A DNA stretch of 29,004 nt from Hormoscilla sp. (GTDB lineage: Bacteria; Cyanobacteriota; Cyanobacteriia; Cyanobacteriales; Desertifilaceae), in NCBI GenBank assembly GCA_051439505.1, contig JBFRWI010000063.1, positions 1 to 29,004 of the forward strand, written 5' to 3'. A program made the translations under genes and the position numbers. A model generated the notes under the pieces. It searched no databases and had not been told where the DNA came from. It saw only the letters and a program-made list of their open reading frames with translations. This document shows positions 16,439 to 25,916 of this stretch, piece by piece (positions within the stretch are counted from its first letter, which is position 1; each line of letters opens with the position of its first letter).

Positions 16439-19400
16439 TTACTCTAGCATACCATATCCGCCACCACCTGGGGTTTCAATGACAAATTCATCTCCCGCTG
16501 CCATCTCGACAGTCGCGGTACTGCCCAATTCTACCACAGTCCCATCACTGCGCTGCACGTAATTCTTTCCTAAAGCACCCGCTGCACCACCCTGCAACCC
16601 AAAAGGTGCAATTACACGCCGACTGGAAAGTATTCCAGCAGTCATCGGTTCCAGAAAACGCAGGCGACGTACCACCCCATTTCCCCCAGCATGACGCCCC
16701 TGTCCACCACTATTCTCACGTATGGCAAAGCTGGTCAAAAGTACCGGAAATCGCCATTCCAATACTTCCGGATCTGTCAGGCGAGAATTGGTCATGTGAG
16801 TATGGACTGCATCGGTCCCATGGTAGTTTTGTCCCGCACCGGAACCTCCACAAATTGTTTCATAATATTGATAGCGATCGTTCCCAAAGGTGAAGTTATT
16901 CATGGTCCCTTGAGAGGAGGCCATTACCCCCAGGGCCCCATACAAAGCATCGGTAATTGCTTGGGAAGTTTCGACATTTCCCGCTACTACCGCCGCTGGG
17001 TAACGGGGACTTAACATCGATCCTGCCGGGATAATCACTTGTAAAGGTTTCAGACATCCCGCATTCAGGGGAATATCGTCATTTACCAGGGTGCGGAAGA
17101 CGTAGAGAACTGCTGCTTTACAGACCGCAGATGGGGCATTAAAATTATTCTCCAGTTGGGGCGAAGTGCCGGTGAAATCTATCTTGGCACTGCGACTCGC
17201 CCGATCGATCTCGATTGTAACTTGAATCTGACTGCCATTATCCAGTTTGCAAATAAAACTGCCATCCTTTAAGGTCTCGATCGCCCGACGCACTGATTCT
17301 TCAGCATTATCCTGAACGAAGGCCATATAAGCTTGCACGGTGGCCTGACCATAGGATGCTACCATCCGTTGGAGTTCCTGCAAACCCTTTTCATTGGCAG
17401 CAATTTGGGCCTGCAAGTCGGCGAGATTTTGAACCGGGTTGCGGACGGGATATTTACCAGCACTGAGAATTTCTCGCAGTTCCTTTTCCCGGAATTTTCC
17501 GCCATCGACCAGGTGAAAATTGTCCAACAGCACTCCTTCTTCTGCTACTGTCTTGCTATTAGGTGGCATGGAACCGGGCGCGATCCCGCCAATGTCGGCA
17601 TGATGTCCCCGGGACGCCACATAAAATAGAGGAGAAGATTTATTTTCGCGATCGAACATGGGAGTAATTACTGTCACGTCCGGCAGATGGGTACCCCCAT
17701 TATAAGGATTATTGAGGACGTAAACATCTCCCGGTTTGAGGATATCTTTGCACCCAGAGATCAAACTGTTGACACTCTCACTCATGGAACCCAGATGTAC
17801 GGGGATATGGGGTGCATTGGCAACTAATTGTCCCTTTTGGTCGAAGATGGCACAAGAGAAATCCAACCTTTCCTTGATATTTACGGAATAGCTGGTGTTT
17901 TGCAGGGTCGTTCCCATTTGTTCCGCGATCGAACGAAATAGATTATTGAAAATTTCCAGCATGACTGGATCTGGGGAAGTTAGAGATGCGATCGCAGATT
18001 GGTGATGGGGAGTTTCTGAATTCTGATTCTTTTGCAAAATTAAATGATTGCGGGGGGTTAATTCTGCTTGCCATCCGGGTTCGATGATATTCGTGCCCGT
18101 GGGTTCGATAATAATAGCTGCACCTGTAATGCAGTCTCCCGGTTGTAAGTCCGATCGCTGAAATACGGGGGTTTCCCGCCAGCTATTACCACTATACATT
18201 GGTACGGTGGCGATCGGTTGGGGTGCTGCATCCGTGCGACGTTGCGCGATCGGTTCTTCGGGAATATCGGAAGACTGCACCAGTTCGACCGCAACTGCTT
18301 CGACTATCAACTGTTTATTTTCCATGACGAAGCCGTAACGCTGGCGATGCTGGACCTCAAACTGCGATCGCATCTCTGGGGCATCGGTAAAATTCACCAT
18401 CAAGGATGAATCCGTGCCTTGATATTTTAAGTGAATCTTGCGCAAGATCGAGATATCATTTTCTCCATCGAGTTCTGTCAAAGCTGACGCTGCTAAATTT
18501 TCCAACTGCCGTTCTAAGTCTGGCACTAATTCAGGGGTTAATTGCGCTTCCACTGTCCGTTCCCGCAATACCCGGATATCCGCTAAACCCATGCCATAAG
18601 CTGACAATACTCCCGCAAAAGGATGAAGAAATACTTGCTGCATTCCCAAGGCATCCGCAATTAAGCAGGCGTGTTGTCCCCCCGCCCCCCCAAAGCAGCA
18701 GAGGGTGTATTCGGAAACGTCATATCCTCGCTGGAGGGAGATTTTTTTGATGGCGTTGGCCATGTTTTCTACGGCGATCGCGACAAATCCTGCTGCTACT
18801 TTTTCTGGGGGGCGATCGTCTCCTATTGCCGCTGCTAGTTGGGCAAATTTTTCCTTGACTATGTCCCCATCTAAGGGCAAATTACCCTGGGGACCGAACA
18901 CCTGGGGAAAAAACTCCGGTTGCAACTTACCCAGCATCACGTTAGCATCGGTTACTGTGAGGGGACCGCCCTGGCGATAGCAAGCAGGACCGGGATTTGC
19001 CCCTGCTGATTCGGGACCGACGCGATAGCGCCCATTATCGAATTGGAGAAGGGAACCGCCACCCGCTGCGACGGTGTGAATTGCCATCATGGGGGTGCGC
19101 AAACGGACCCCAGCAATTTCCGTTTCCAAGCTGCGTTCCAATTCCCCATTGTAATGGGCCACATCCGTAGAAGTGCCCCCCATATCAAAGGTGATGATTT
19201 TCTTAATTTCCGCGATCGCGCTGGTCCGGACGGCACCGACAATTCCCCCTGCTGGACCTGATAAAATACTGTCTTTTCCCTGGAACAATTGGGCGTCTAC
19301 TAACCCGCCATTGGATTGCATGAACATCAGGTTTGTCCCAGGGCCCAAATTGCTGGCAACCCGATGGACATAGCGGCGCAAAATGGGAGATAAATAGGCA

Positions 19401-20038
19401 TCAACTACGGTAGTATCCCCCCGACTGACCAGTTTCATCAAGGGACTGACTCCATGGGATGCCGAAACCTGGGTAAACCCGATCGCCCGTGCTAAGTCAG
19501 CTACTTTTTGCTCGTGTTCGGGATAGCGATAACCGTGCATGAAGACAATGGCGCAACTGCGGATCCCGTCATCGTAAGCTGCTTGCAATGCTGGGGCGAT
19601 CGCATCTATATTGACATCAATTAATTCTTCCCCGTAGGGGCTGTAGCGTTCGGCAACTTCGATGACTCGTTCGTAGAGCATTTCTGGTAAAATAATCTGA
19701 CGGGCGAAGATGTCGGGACGGTTTTGATAGCCAATCCTGATGGCGTCTCGAAAACCTTTGGTGATTAGCAACACCGCCCGATCGCCCTTGCGTTCCAGCA
19801 AAGCATTGGTCGCCACGGTTGTCCCCATTTTTACCACTTCTATCAGATCGCGGGGAATGGGGCGATCGGGACTCAGCCCCAAGATATCGCGAATGCCTTG
19901 TACGGGGGCATCGGGGTAGCGATCGGGATTTTCTGAGAGCAACTTATGAGTTACCAGTTTACCGTCCGGACCTTTAGCTACGATATCAGTAAAGGTGCCG
20001 CCCCTGTCAATCCAGAATTGCCATTTTTGATTGGTCAT
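16439..20038 (-). CDS. oplA: 5-oxoprolinase (ATP-hydrolysing), fused hydantoinase A/B type
   Basis: 1199 aa with [65 protein letters not shown] and TPGGGGYG. Confidence 0.96.
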   Translation of the reverse strand: MTNQKWQFWIDRGGTFTDIVAKGPDGKLVTHKLLSENPDRYPDAPVQGIRDILGLSPDRPIPRDLIEVVKMGTTVATNALLERKGDRAVLLITKGFRDAIRIGYQNRPDIFARQIILPEMLYERVIEVAERYSPYGEELIDVNIDAIAPALQAAYDDGIRSCAIVFMHGYRYPEHEQKVADLARAIGFTQVSASHGVSPLMKLVSRGDTTVVDAYLSPILRRYVHRVASNLGPGTNLMFMQSNGGLVDAQLFQGKDSILSGPAGGIVGAVRTSAIAEIKKIITFDMGGTSTDVAHYNGELERSLETEIAGVRLRTPMMAIHTVAAGGGSLLQFDNGRYRVGPESAGANPGPACYRQGGPLTVTDANVMLGKLQPEFFPQVFGPQGNLPLDGDIVKEKFAQLAAAIGDDRPPEKVAAGFVAIAVENMANAIKKISLQRGYDVSEYTLCCFGGAGGQHACLIADALGMQQVFLHPFAGVLSAYGMGLADIRVLRERTVEAQLTPELVPDLERQLENLAASALTELDGENDISILRKIHLKYQGTDSSLMVNFTDAPEMRSQFEVQHRQRYGFVMENKQLIVEAVAVELVQSSDIPEEPIAQRRTDAAPQPIATVPMYSGNSWRETPVFQRSDLQPGDCITGAAIIIEPTGTNIIEPGWQAELTPRNHLILQKNQNSETPHHQSAIASLTSPDPVMLEIFNNLFRSIAEQMGTTLQNTSYSVNIKERLDFSCAIFDQKGQLVANAPHIPVHLGSMSESVNSLISGCKDILKPGDVYVLNNPYNGGTHLPDVTVITPMFDRENKSSPLFYVASRGHHADIGGIAPGSMPPNSKTVAEEGVLLDNFHLVDGGKFREKELREILSAGKYPVRNPVQNLADLQAQIAANEKGLQELQRMVASYGQATVQAYMAFVQDNAEESVRRAIETLKDGSFICKLDNGSQIQVTIEIDRASRSAKIDFTGTSPQLENNFNAPSAVCKAAVLYVFRTLVNDDIPLNAGCLKPLQVIIPAGSMLSPRYPAAVVAGNVETSQAITDALYGALGVMASSQGTMNNFTFGNDRYQYYETICGGSGAGQNYHGTDAVHTHMTNSRLTDPEVLEWRFPVLLTSFAIRENSGGQGRHAGGNGVVRRLRFLEPMTAGILSSRRVIAPFGLQGGAAGALGKNYVQRSDGTVVELGSTATVEMAAGDEFVIETPGGGGYGMLE

Positions 20039-20122
20039 TTGTCCTCGCTTGTCTTTTTCATTATAATTATTATAACATATGATTACAATAATTAAGGGTG
20101 TATCTCATATTAGCATCGCTGT

Positions 20123-20173
20123 CCGAACCCTAAAGGGCCCGGCTACAGGAACAAAGCCCGCCTGCGCGGGCTA
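20123..20173 (+). repeat. ~50-bp dispersed hairpin element, copy 1 (others at 21239-21290 and inverted at 22063-22118)
   Basis: CCCTAAAGGG...GGCTAC.GGAACAAAGCCCGCCTGCGCGGGCTA occurs three times. Confidence 0.88.
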
Positions 20174-20299
20174 TATACATGTATTTGAAATGCTCTCCGC
20201 TGCGCTTCGGGCTATCAACTACTTTTCACCACTTTGTTTTTTCATAATTATAATAACATGTTATCTCCAAAAGAATCTAAGTTTTTAGCATTATCTCAA

Positions 20300-20355
20300 T
20301 AGTCGGTTTTAACAGACTTTAGCTATTAGCCGGGGGTTTGAACCCCCGGCGGGCT
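20300..20355 (-). repeat. Dispersed double-hairpin element, copy 2
   Basis: Reverse complement of 13504-13560. It sits just after the M28 peptidase stop. Confidence 0.88.
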
Positions 20356-20360
20356 GAATA

Positions 20361-21203
20361 TTATAGATAACGGATGCTAGCTGCCAAACCGCGACAGACA
20401 CCCGTAAGGAAATCTAAATCCAAAGTGTCAAGACTGTCGCTGTTTTTATGATAATGGGGATTGCGCAAATTAGCTGTATCCGTCACCATGATCGATCGAT
20501 AACCCGCATCCCAGAAAGGGGCATGGTCGCTGCGTCGCGTATCCGGCAGAATTAAACCCCGAAAAGGCACTGGCAACCATCGACAATTAGTGCCCCCTTT
20601 ACTAATATTATGGGAAATGCGGAGCATGTCAAGTAATGTGGGCAAATTACAAATCAGGGCGATAAAGTTCCCCCGATCGGGGTAAAAGTATTTTAACACC
20701 TCTACTGGGTAGTCTTGGGAATTGGGAGAATGGTCGCAATAACCCAGCATTTCCAGAGAAATCATTAAACGGAGTGGTTGCTGCTGTTGCTGGAGTTTGG
20801 TAGCATAATGACTACTACCCAATAAACCGAATTCTTCCAGGTCGAAGGCCACCAGTTGCAGGGGATGTTTCCCGGGTTTGGCAGCGAATATTCTTGCCAA
20901 TTCTAATATAACTGCTACTCCCGTGCCATTATCATCAGCTCCAGGGCTTCCCGGTACGGTATCATAATGGGCGCCAATTAAGATGGGAGGTTTGTGCTTG
21001 TTGGTAGCAGTTTCCAGGTGTCCGATGAGATTTTCATGAGTCCTGCCATTGACTATAAATTCATCTGTTTCTACAGTTCCCCATTCTGATAGCTGTTCCC
21101 GGATGTATTCCCGCACGAAGAAATGTCCGGCACTGGCAAAGTATGGATCCCGATCGCGCACTATCTGTAGCAAATGGCTATGTAGCCGTTCTTTTAAGTC
21201 CAC
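20361..21203 (-). CDS. M28 family zinc metallopeptidase
   Basis: GAHYD, GADDNGTG, FDLEE, SLEM, RSDHAPF and PHYH..SD. GTG start. Confidence 0.93.
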   Translation of the reverse strand: MDLKERLHSHLLQIVRDRDPYFASAGHFFVREYIREQLSEWGTVETDEFIVNGRTHENLIGHLETATNKHKPPILIGAHYDTVPGSPGADDNGTGVAVILELARIFAAKPGKHPLQLVAFDLEEFGLLGSSHYATKLQQQQQPLRLMISLEMLGYCDHSPNSQDYPVEVLKYFYPDRGNFIALICNLPTLLDMLRISHNISKGGTNCRWLPVPFRGLILPDTRRSDHAPFWDAGYRSIMVTDTANLRNPHYHKNSDSLDTLDLDFLTGVCRGLAASIRYL

Positions 21204-21238
21204 TTTTTCTGACTCCCAATCTTCTTCCCACCGCCCTC

Positions 21239-21290
21239 ACCCTAAAGGGTGGGGCTACCGGAACAAAGCCCGCCTGCGCGGGCTAGATTA
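21239..21290 (+). repeat. ~50-bp dispersed hairpin element, copy 2
   Basis: Matches 20123-20173 with a few substitutions. Confidence 0.85.
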
Positions 21291-21312
21291 TCTTTTGCTG
21301 CCGATCGCACGG

Positions 21313-21813
21313 TCACAACTGCATAGCTGGGACCATCGGTTTAATTAGCCCCGATCGAGTTAAAGTGAAGCTGGAACCATCGAACATTTGAATCATAAAA
21401 TCAGAACCATACACGGCTATATTTGCCGTTAAATCTGGTAAAACATCAAAACACTTGAGAGTCCGATTTGCACTGAAGAGTAAAACTTCCAGTTCCGTGA
21501 GGATAGCTGTAAGATCCTCGACAATCAGGATTTGGAAAATTGGCATTATCACGGATAAGGAGATGCAAACGTTGCCTTGCTGTAGATCGATCGCGGCCAA
21601 GCGTCGATCGACTCCGATCCAGAGAGTCTGCTGGTCTGTCGATCGCTCGATAACTGGCTGAATATGGGAGGAACTTTCCCAACTGAGTCCATAGCACCCT
21701 AGAGGTTGGCCCAAATCTAGCATAGCAAATTGACGGGGGTACTCGTGGACAATTAGCTGCCTCGCGGGGTCAATTTGCTTGAACTCTGATTTACTAATGG
21801 ATTTGAGAAGCAT
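21313..21813 (-). CDS. Hypothetical beta-rich protein
   Basis: 166-aa ORF with an ATG start that fills the gap between repeats and is co-oriented with its neighbours. No motif recognised with confidence. Confidence 0.75.
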   Translation of the reverse strand: MLLKSISKSEFKQIDPARQLIVHEYPRQFAMLDLGQPLGCYGLSWESSSHIQPVIERSTDQQTLWIGVDRRLAAIDLQQGNVCISLSVIMPIFQILIVEDLTAILTELEVLLFSANRTLKCFDVLPDLTANIAVYGSDFMIQMFDGSSFTLTRSGLIKPMVPAMQL

Positions 21814-21835
21814 AATTATTACTCGGTTAACAACT

Positions 21836-22022
21836 TGTCATTGCGAGGGGGGAAACCAAAACCGACAATTTAGGGATCGCCGCCGAGATTCCCCCCGAAG
21901 CAATCTCACCGATGACGCAGAAGTGTTCTTTATATCATAGTGGGCGGGGGGATTGCTTCGGGGGGGGGTTAATTCAAGAAATTATAAGTTAATCGCTACG
22001 TACCCCCCCCCTCGCAATGACA
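21836..22022. repeat. Dispersed nested-palindrome element, copy 2
   Basis: Same outer TGTCATTGCGAGGGGGG and inner CCCCCCGAAGCAATC inverted repeats as 12320-12481, with different loop sequences. It is bracketed by TCGGTTAA/TTAACCGA. Confidence 0.9.
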
Positions 22023-22062
22023 GATAAGATGCTTAACCGAAAAGGGGTGCATCTCACTTTTG

Positions 22063-22118
22063 TAATCTAGCCCGCGCAGGCGGGCTTTGTTCCTGTAGCC
22101 GGGCCCTTTAGGGTTCGG
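22063..22118 (-). repeat. ~50-bp dispersed hairpin element, copy 3, next to a GGGTGCATCTCACTTT end at 22045
   Basis: Reverse complement of 20123-20173. Confidence 0.85.
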
Positions 22119-22135
22119 GCGGTTCGGGCTTCTTG

Positions 22136-22480
22136 TCAGCTTTCTACCCGATCTAAAACTTTCCCAATCATAACATAAAAAGTTTGTGCAGTTGATAAAA
22201 TTTATTTGCGACGTAACAAATTGTGACTGCGTTTGATCGCCACTTTTTCAATCAAGTCAACCTTTCTTCCCACGATAGCCGCTAATTCCCGTTCCATGTC
22301 AACCAGGTCGAATAAACTCCAGTTTTCATCCGGTGCGAAACTCACCAAAAAGTCGATATCGCTGTCAGGTCGAAAGTCATCTCGCAGGACTGAACCAAAC
22401 ACAGCTAACTCTGTTATCTGCCAGCGGCGACAAAACTCTTCTATCTTCTCTTCTGGTAGCTTGACTTTCAGATTTTTCAT
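22136..22480 (-). pseudogene. MNT (MntA-like) minimal nucleotidyltransferase antitoxin with probable premature stop at 22202-22204; HEPN partner absent
   Basis: FGSVLRDDFRPDSDIDFLV (GS-x10-DxD) and GRKVDL. The ORF stops at RRK*, but the frame continues ILSTAQTFY..., matching the usual RRxEILxxAxxIY end of the family. Confidence 0.75.
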
Positions 22481-22518
22481 TTGATTACCCTGCTGTCCTG
22501 CCTCTATTATAATACCAT

Positions 22519-22573
22519 ATCTGTAGGTTGGGTCACCGCTGTTGGGTTTCGTGCCTCAACCCAACCTACAGAT
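22519..22573. repeat. GTAG-type REP palindrome
   Basis: ATCTGTAGGTTGGGT...ACCCAACCTACAGAT. Bases 22540-22573 are an exact 34-bp inverted match to 28278-28311. Confidence 0.85.
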
Positions 22574-22582
22574 ATACAGATC

Positions 22583-22702
22583 GGGTGCATCTCACTTTCG
22601 CACGGGCGAAGCATTTGGATAGTAAATTTGTCAATTTATGACTTATATTGTCGCCCAAATGCTTCGCCCCTACAGATAGATTTGCAAATATGATATGCAC
22701 CC
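22583..22702. mobile_element. 120-bp MITE with 8-bp target-site duplication
   Basis: Ends GGGTGCATCTCA / TGATATGCACCC, flanked on both sides by TACAGATC (22575-22582 and 22703-22710). It carries an internal REP pair, GGGCGAAGCATTTGG...CCAAATGCTTCGCCCCTAC. Confidence 0.88.
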
Positions 22703-22714
22703 TACAGATCTAAC

Positions 22715-23590
22715 CTAAACCCATTCTCCCTTGGCAACCATTACTACCTTTCCTCCCACATTTACCTCAATCTCTGACTGCTTTTTCTGCGCTTTTAGCA
22801 ACAGCAAAGACGGTCGGTTAATTTCATATCCCTGTTCGACTCGCACGTTAATTGAGTCTTCTCCAAAATACTCATGTTTTACCAAATATCCCGCTAAACA
22901 ACCATTGGCACTCCCCGTTGCCGGATCTTCGGGAATGCCTAAATATTCGGCAAATACTCGCACGCTCAGATTATTCTCTGGTGAGTATGTCTCTGGGCAA
23001 AATACTAGCATTTCCTTCGCTGCCGTCTTCTCCACTAATTCAAAGTATTTCGCCCGATCGGTCCGACAAGCTTTCAGGGCTTTGTGGGTCCGCAAGGGTA
23101 CAATTATAAACGGAATTCCCGTGTCAACTTCTTGGATGGGAAACCTAGTATCTATGTCCTCTACCCCGAGATTAATTACCGGCGCGATCGCCTCTGGGGG
23201 CAATTCCCGGTGAAAAGTCGGCTGATTTTGCCGCATCCAGAGAAATTCCCCTTCCCAGGTAACGGGAATTTGCCCTACCTTCAGATTCAAGTTGACTCGC
23301 GAAGCTGGCTTTTTAATCAGGGCTTGCTGTATAATGAAGGCCGTACCTAATGTGGGATGACCCGCAAACGGTAGTTCCTTGTTCGGGGTGAAAATTCGCA
23401 CGTCGTATCCACCCCCCGATCGCATTTCATTTGAGGTGATGAATGTAGTTTCCGAATAATTCATTTCCAGAGCAATTTGTTGCATTTCGGCCTCAGATAT
23501 TGCTCCCGCATCCAGAAACACGGCCAGTTGATTGCCAGTATATTTGCCAACAGCAAACACATCCACGATGTAAAAAGTCATATTTTTCAT
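22715..23590 (-). CDS. PhzF-family isomerase/epimerase
   Basis: VDVFA...GNQLAV, NYSETTF, VRIFTP.KELPFAGHPTLG, EDPATGSANG and EQGYEINRPS. ATG 23590 is preferred because the upstream extension in the ORF track is REP DNA. Confidence 0.94.
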   Translation of the reverse strand: MKNMTFYIVDVFAVGKYTGNQLAVFLDAGAISEAEMQQIALEMNYSETTFITSNEMRSGGGYDVRIFTPNKELPFAGHPTLGTAFIIQQALIKKPASRVNLNLKVGQIPVTWEGEFLWMRQNQPTFHRELPPEAIAPVINLGVEDIDTRFPIQEVDTGIPFIIVPLRTHKALKACRTDRAKYFELVEKTAAKEMLVFCPETYSPENNLSVRVFAEYLGIPEDPATGSANGCLAGYLVKHEYFGEDSINVRVEQGYEINRPSLLLLKAQKKQSEIEVNVGGKVVMVAKGEWV

Positions 23591-23688
23591 AAAAACGTAG
23601 GGCGGGCGGATCGCCTGCCCGGAGGTTGGCAGAGAAGGACGTTCGTCCTTACGGAGGACCCTACGATCATACCATCTGAGAGGGAAAC

Positions 23689-25179
23689 TCATTGCTGTTG
23701 TTTTGCTTGTAGCTGCAGAAGATAGGCGAATACTGCTTCTGTGCCTTGCTGTAAAATCTCTGGCGGGGGCGAGGTTAGGGGATTATTACCGAGATATAGC
23801 CCTTTGTTCACAATCGATGGAGCTTCATTGATATCTAGTTCTGTCAGATTGTGCAGTTGACCGATTTCAGGTGGCAGGGCCGTTAGTTGATTGCTGCTGA
23901 GGTTTAGATATGTCAGATTGTGCAGTTGACCGATTTCAGATGGCAGGGCTGTTAGTTGATTTCTCCTGATGTCTAGATATGTCAGATTGTGCAGTTGACC
24001 GATTTCAGATGGCAGGGCCGTTAGTTGATTGTCGTTGAGGTCTAGCCCTGTCAGATTGTGCAGTTGACCGATTTCAGGTGGCAGCGCTGTTAGTCTCTTG
24101 TTTGAGAGGTTTAAATATGTTACCGTATTGTTGGCTGCTTGTTTAATAATGAGCTTTCTGCAGATCAGATTGTGGAGTTCATCGATTTCAGCTAGTAGCA
24201 GTTGATTGTCGCTGAGGTCTAGACTTGTCAGATTGTGCAGTTGGACTATTTCAGGTGGCAGGGCCGTTAGTTGATTGCCCCTGAGATTTAGGCTTGTCAG
24301 ATTGTGCAGTTGACCGATTTCAGGTGGCAGGGTCATTAGTTGATTTCCCCTGAGGTCTAGCACTGTCAGATTGTGCAGTTGACCGATTTCAGGTGGCAGG
24401 GCCCTTAGTTGATTGTTCCAGAGGTCTAGCAATGTCAGATTGTGCAGTTGACCGATTTCAGGTGGCAGGGCCCTTAGTTGATTGTCACTGAGGTCTAACT
24501 CTGTCAGATTGTGCAGTTGACCGATTTCAGGTGGCAGGGCCCTTAGTTGATTGTAGCTGAGGTATAACTCTGTCAGATTGTGCAGTTGGACTATTTCAGA
24601 TGGCAGGGCCGTTAGTTCATTCCTGTCGAGGTCTAGATATGTCAGATTGTGCAGTTGGACTATTTCAGATGGCAGGGCCGTTAGTTGATTTCCCTCGAGG
24701 TCTAGCTCTGTCAGATTGTGCAGTTGCACGATTTCAGGTGCCAGGGCCGTTAGTTGATTCCAGCCGAGGTCTAGCTCTGTCAGATTGTGCAGTTGCACGA
24801 TTTCGGGTGGCAGGGCCGTTAGTTGATTGTTCCTGAGGTATAGATATGTCAGATTGTGCAGTTGCACGATTTCGGGTGGCAGGGCCGTTAGTTGATTCCC
24901 GTAGAGGTCTAGCTTTGTCAGATGGCGCAGTTGCACGATTTCAGGTGGCAGGGCCGTTAGGTGATTTCCGCTAAAACCTAGCTCTGTCAGATTGTGTAGT
25001 TGACCGATTTCAGGTGGCAGGGCCGTTAGTTGATTCCAGTGGAGGTATAGCGTCGTCAGATTTGTCAGTTGACCGATTTCAGGTGGCAGCGCGGTCAGTC
25101 CTTTATTGGATAGGTCAAGGGATGTTGCCCTCTCCCTGGCTGCTTGTTCAATAATTTGGAGTAGTTCTTCGTTAGTCAT
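23689..25179 (-). CDS. Leucine-rich repeat protein (23-aa/69-bp repeats; Roco-type N-cap but no Roc-COR)
   Basis: ~17-19 copies of LTALPPEIGQLHNLTxLxLxxNQ in two blocks, each preceded by an N-cap (IIEQAA.../IIKQAA...). C-cap NNPLTSPPPEILQQGTEAVFAYL, then stop. Confidence 0.96.
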   Translation of the reverse strand: MTNEELLQIIEQAARERATSLDLSNKGLTALPPEIGQLTNLTTLYLHWNQLTALPPEIGQLHNLTELGFSGNHLTALPPEIVQLRHLTKLDLYGNQLTALPPEIVQLHNLTYLYLRNNQLTALPPEIVQLHNLTELDLGWNQLTALAPEIVQLHNLTELDLEGNQLTALPSEIVQLHNLTYLDLDRNELTALPSEIVQLHNLTELYLSYNQLRALPPEIGQLHNLTELDLSDNQLRALPPEIGQLHNLTLLDLWNNQLRALPPEIGQLHNLTVLDLRGNQLMTLPPEIGQLHNLTSLNLRGNQLTALPPEIVQLHNLTSLDLSDNQLLLAEIDELHNLICRKLIIKQAANNTVTYLNLSNKRLTALPPEIGQLHNLTGLDLNDNQLTALPSEIGQLHNLTYLDIRRNQLTALPSEIGQLHNLTYLNLSSNQLTALPPEIGQLHNLTELDINEAPSIVNKGLYLGNNPLTSPPPEILQQGTEAVFAYLLQLQAKQQQ

Positions 25180-25327
25180 AGCGTAAACCTCACAGTATAT
25201 AAGTATTGTCCGTGCCTCACATCCCGACGGGCGATCGCATAGCCCCGCCCCTGGGGTTTGGTCATCATCTATTATGGCGAACGGATCTGGGGTTAGGGGA
25301 GGTAGATGGGCTCACATGGGTAGGATT

Positions 25328-25756
25328 TTAACTTTGCCGTCCCCAAGGCGCGATCGCCTCTGGGGGCAATTCCCGGTGAAAGGTCGGCTGATTTTGCCGC
25401 ATCCAGAGAAATTCCCCTTCCCAGGTAACGGGAATTTGCCCAACCTTCAGATTCAAGTTGACTCGCGAAGCTGGCTTTTTAATCAACGCTTGCTGTATAA
25501 TGAAGGCCGTACCTAATGTGGGATGACCCGCAAACGGTAGTTCCTTGTTCGGGGTGAAAATTCGCACGTCGTATCCACCCCCCGATCGCATCTCATTTGA
25601 GGTGATGAATGTAGTTTCCGAATAATTCATTTCCAGAGCAATTTGTTGCATTTCGGCCTCAGATATTGCTCCCGCATCCAGAAACACCGCCAGTTGATTG
25701 CCAGTATATTTGCCAATAGCAAACACATCCACGATGTAAAAAGTCATATTTTCCAT
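25328..25756 (-). pseudogene. 3'-truncated duplicate of the PhzF-family gene
   Basis: 25347-25756 matches 23181-23590 (410 bp, 8 substitutions by my count). It then diverges (..EAIAP-WGRQS*) and lacks the EDPATGS domain. Confidence 0.92.
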
Positions 25757-25764
25757 GTCAGTTG

Positions 25765-25853
25765 GTAGGGTGGGCATTGCCCACCATGTCAGCTGTCAAA
25801 CGCACCTGCTTCCGATGCTTGGCAGAGAAGGACTAAAGTCCTTACTACGAACC
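25765..25853. repeat. Two GTAG-footed REP-like hairpins
   Basis: GTAGGGTGGGCATTGCCCACC (25765-25785; inverted copy at 27536-27556) and AAGGACTAAAGTCCTTACTACGAACC (25828-25853; relatives at 3603-3631, 23636-23660 and 28211-28239). Confidence 0.8.
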
Positions 25854-25916
25854 TGTCGTTCTCAATCTATTATATAATACTATCAGTTTGTCAAACATAG
25901 CTCATCAAAGTATCCT

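Noticed and set aside
22715..23590. Phenazine biosynthesis cluster
   Set aside because: Only a lone PhzF-family homolog is present, with no phzA/B/D/E/G.
23591..23692. 34-aa N-terminal extension of PhzF overlapping the LRR stop
   Set aside because: It is made of REP hairpins. The duplicate copy and the family N-terminus point to ATG 23590.
23689..25756. Diversity-generating retroelement (TR/VR pair) explaining the duplication or the LRR variability
   Set aside because: There is no reverse transcriptase in the window, and the phzF copy differences are not adenine-specific and are mostly synonymous.
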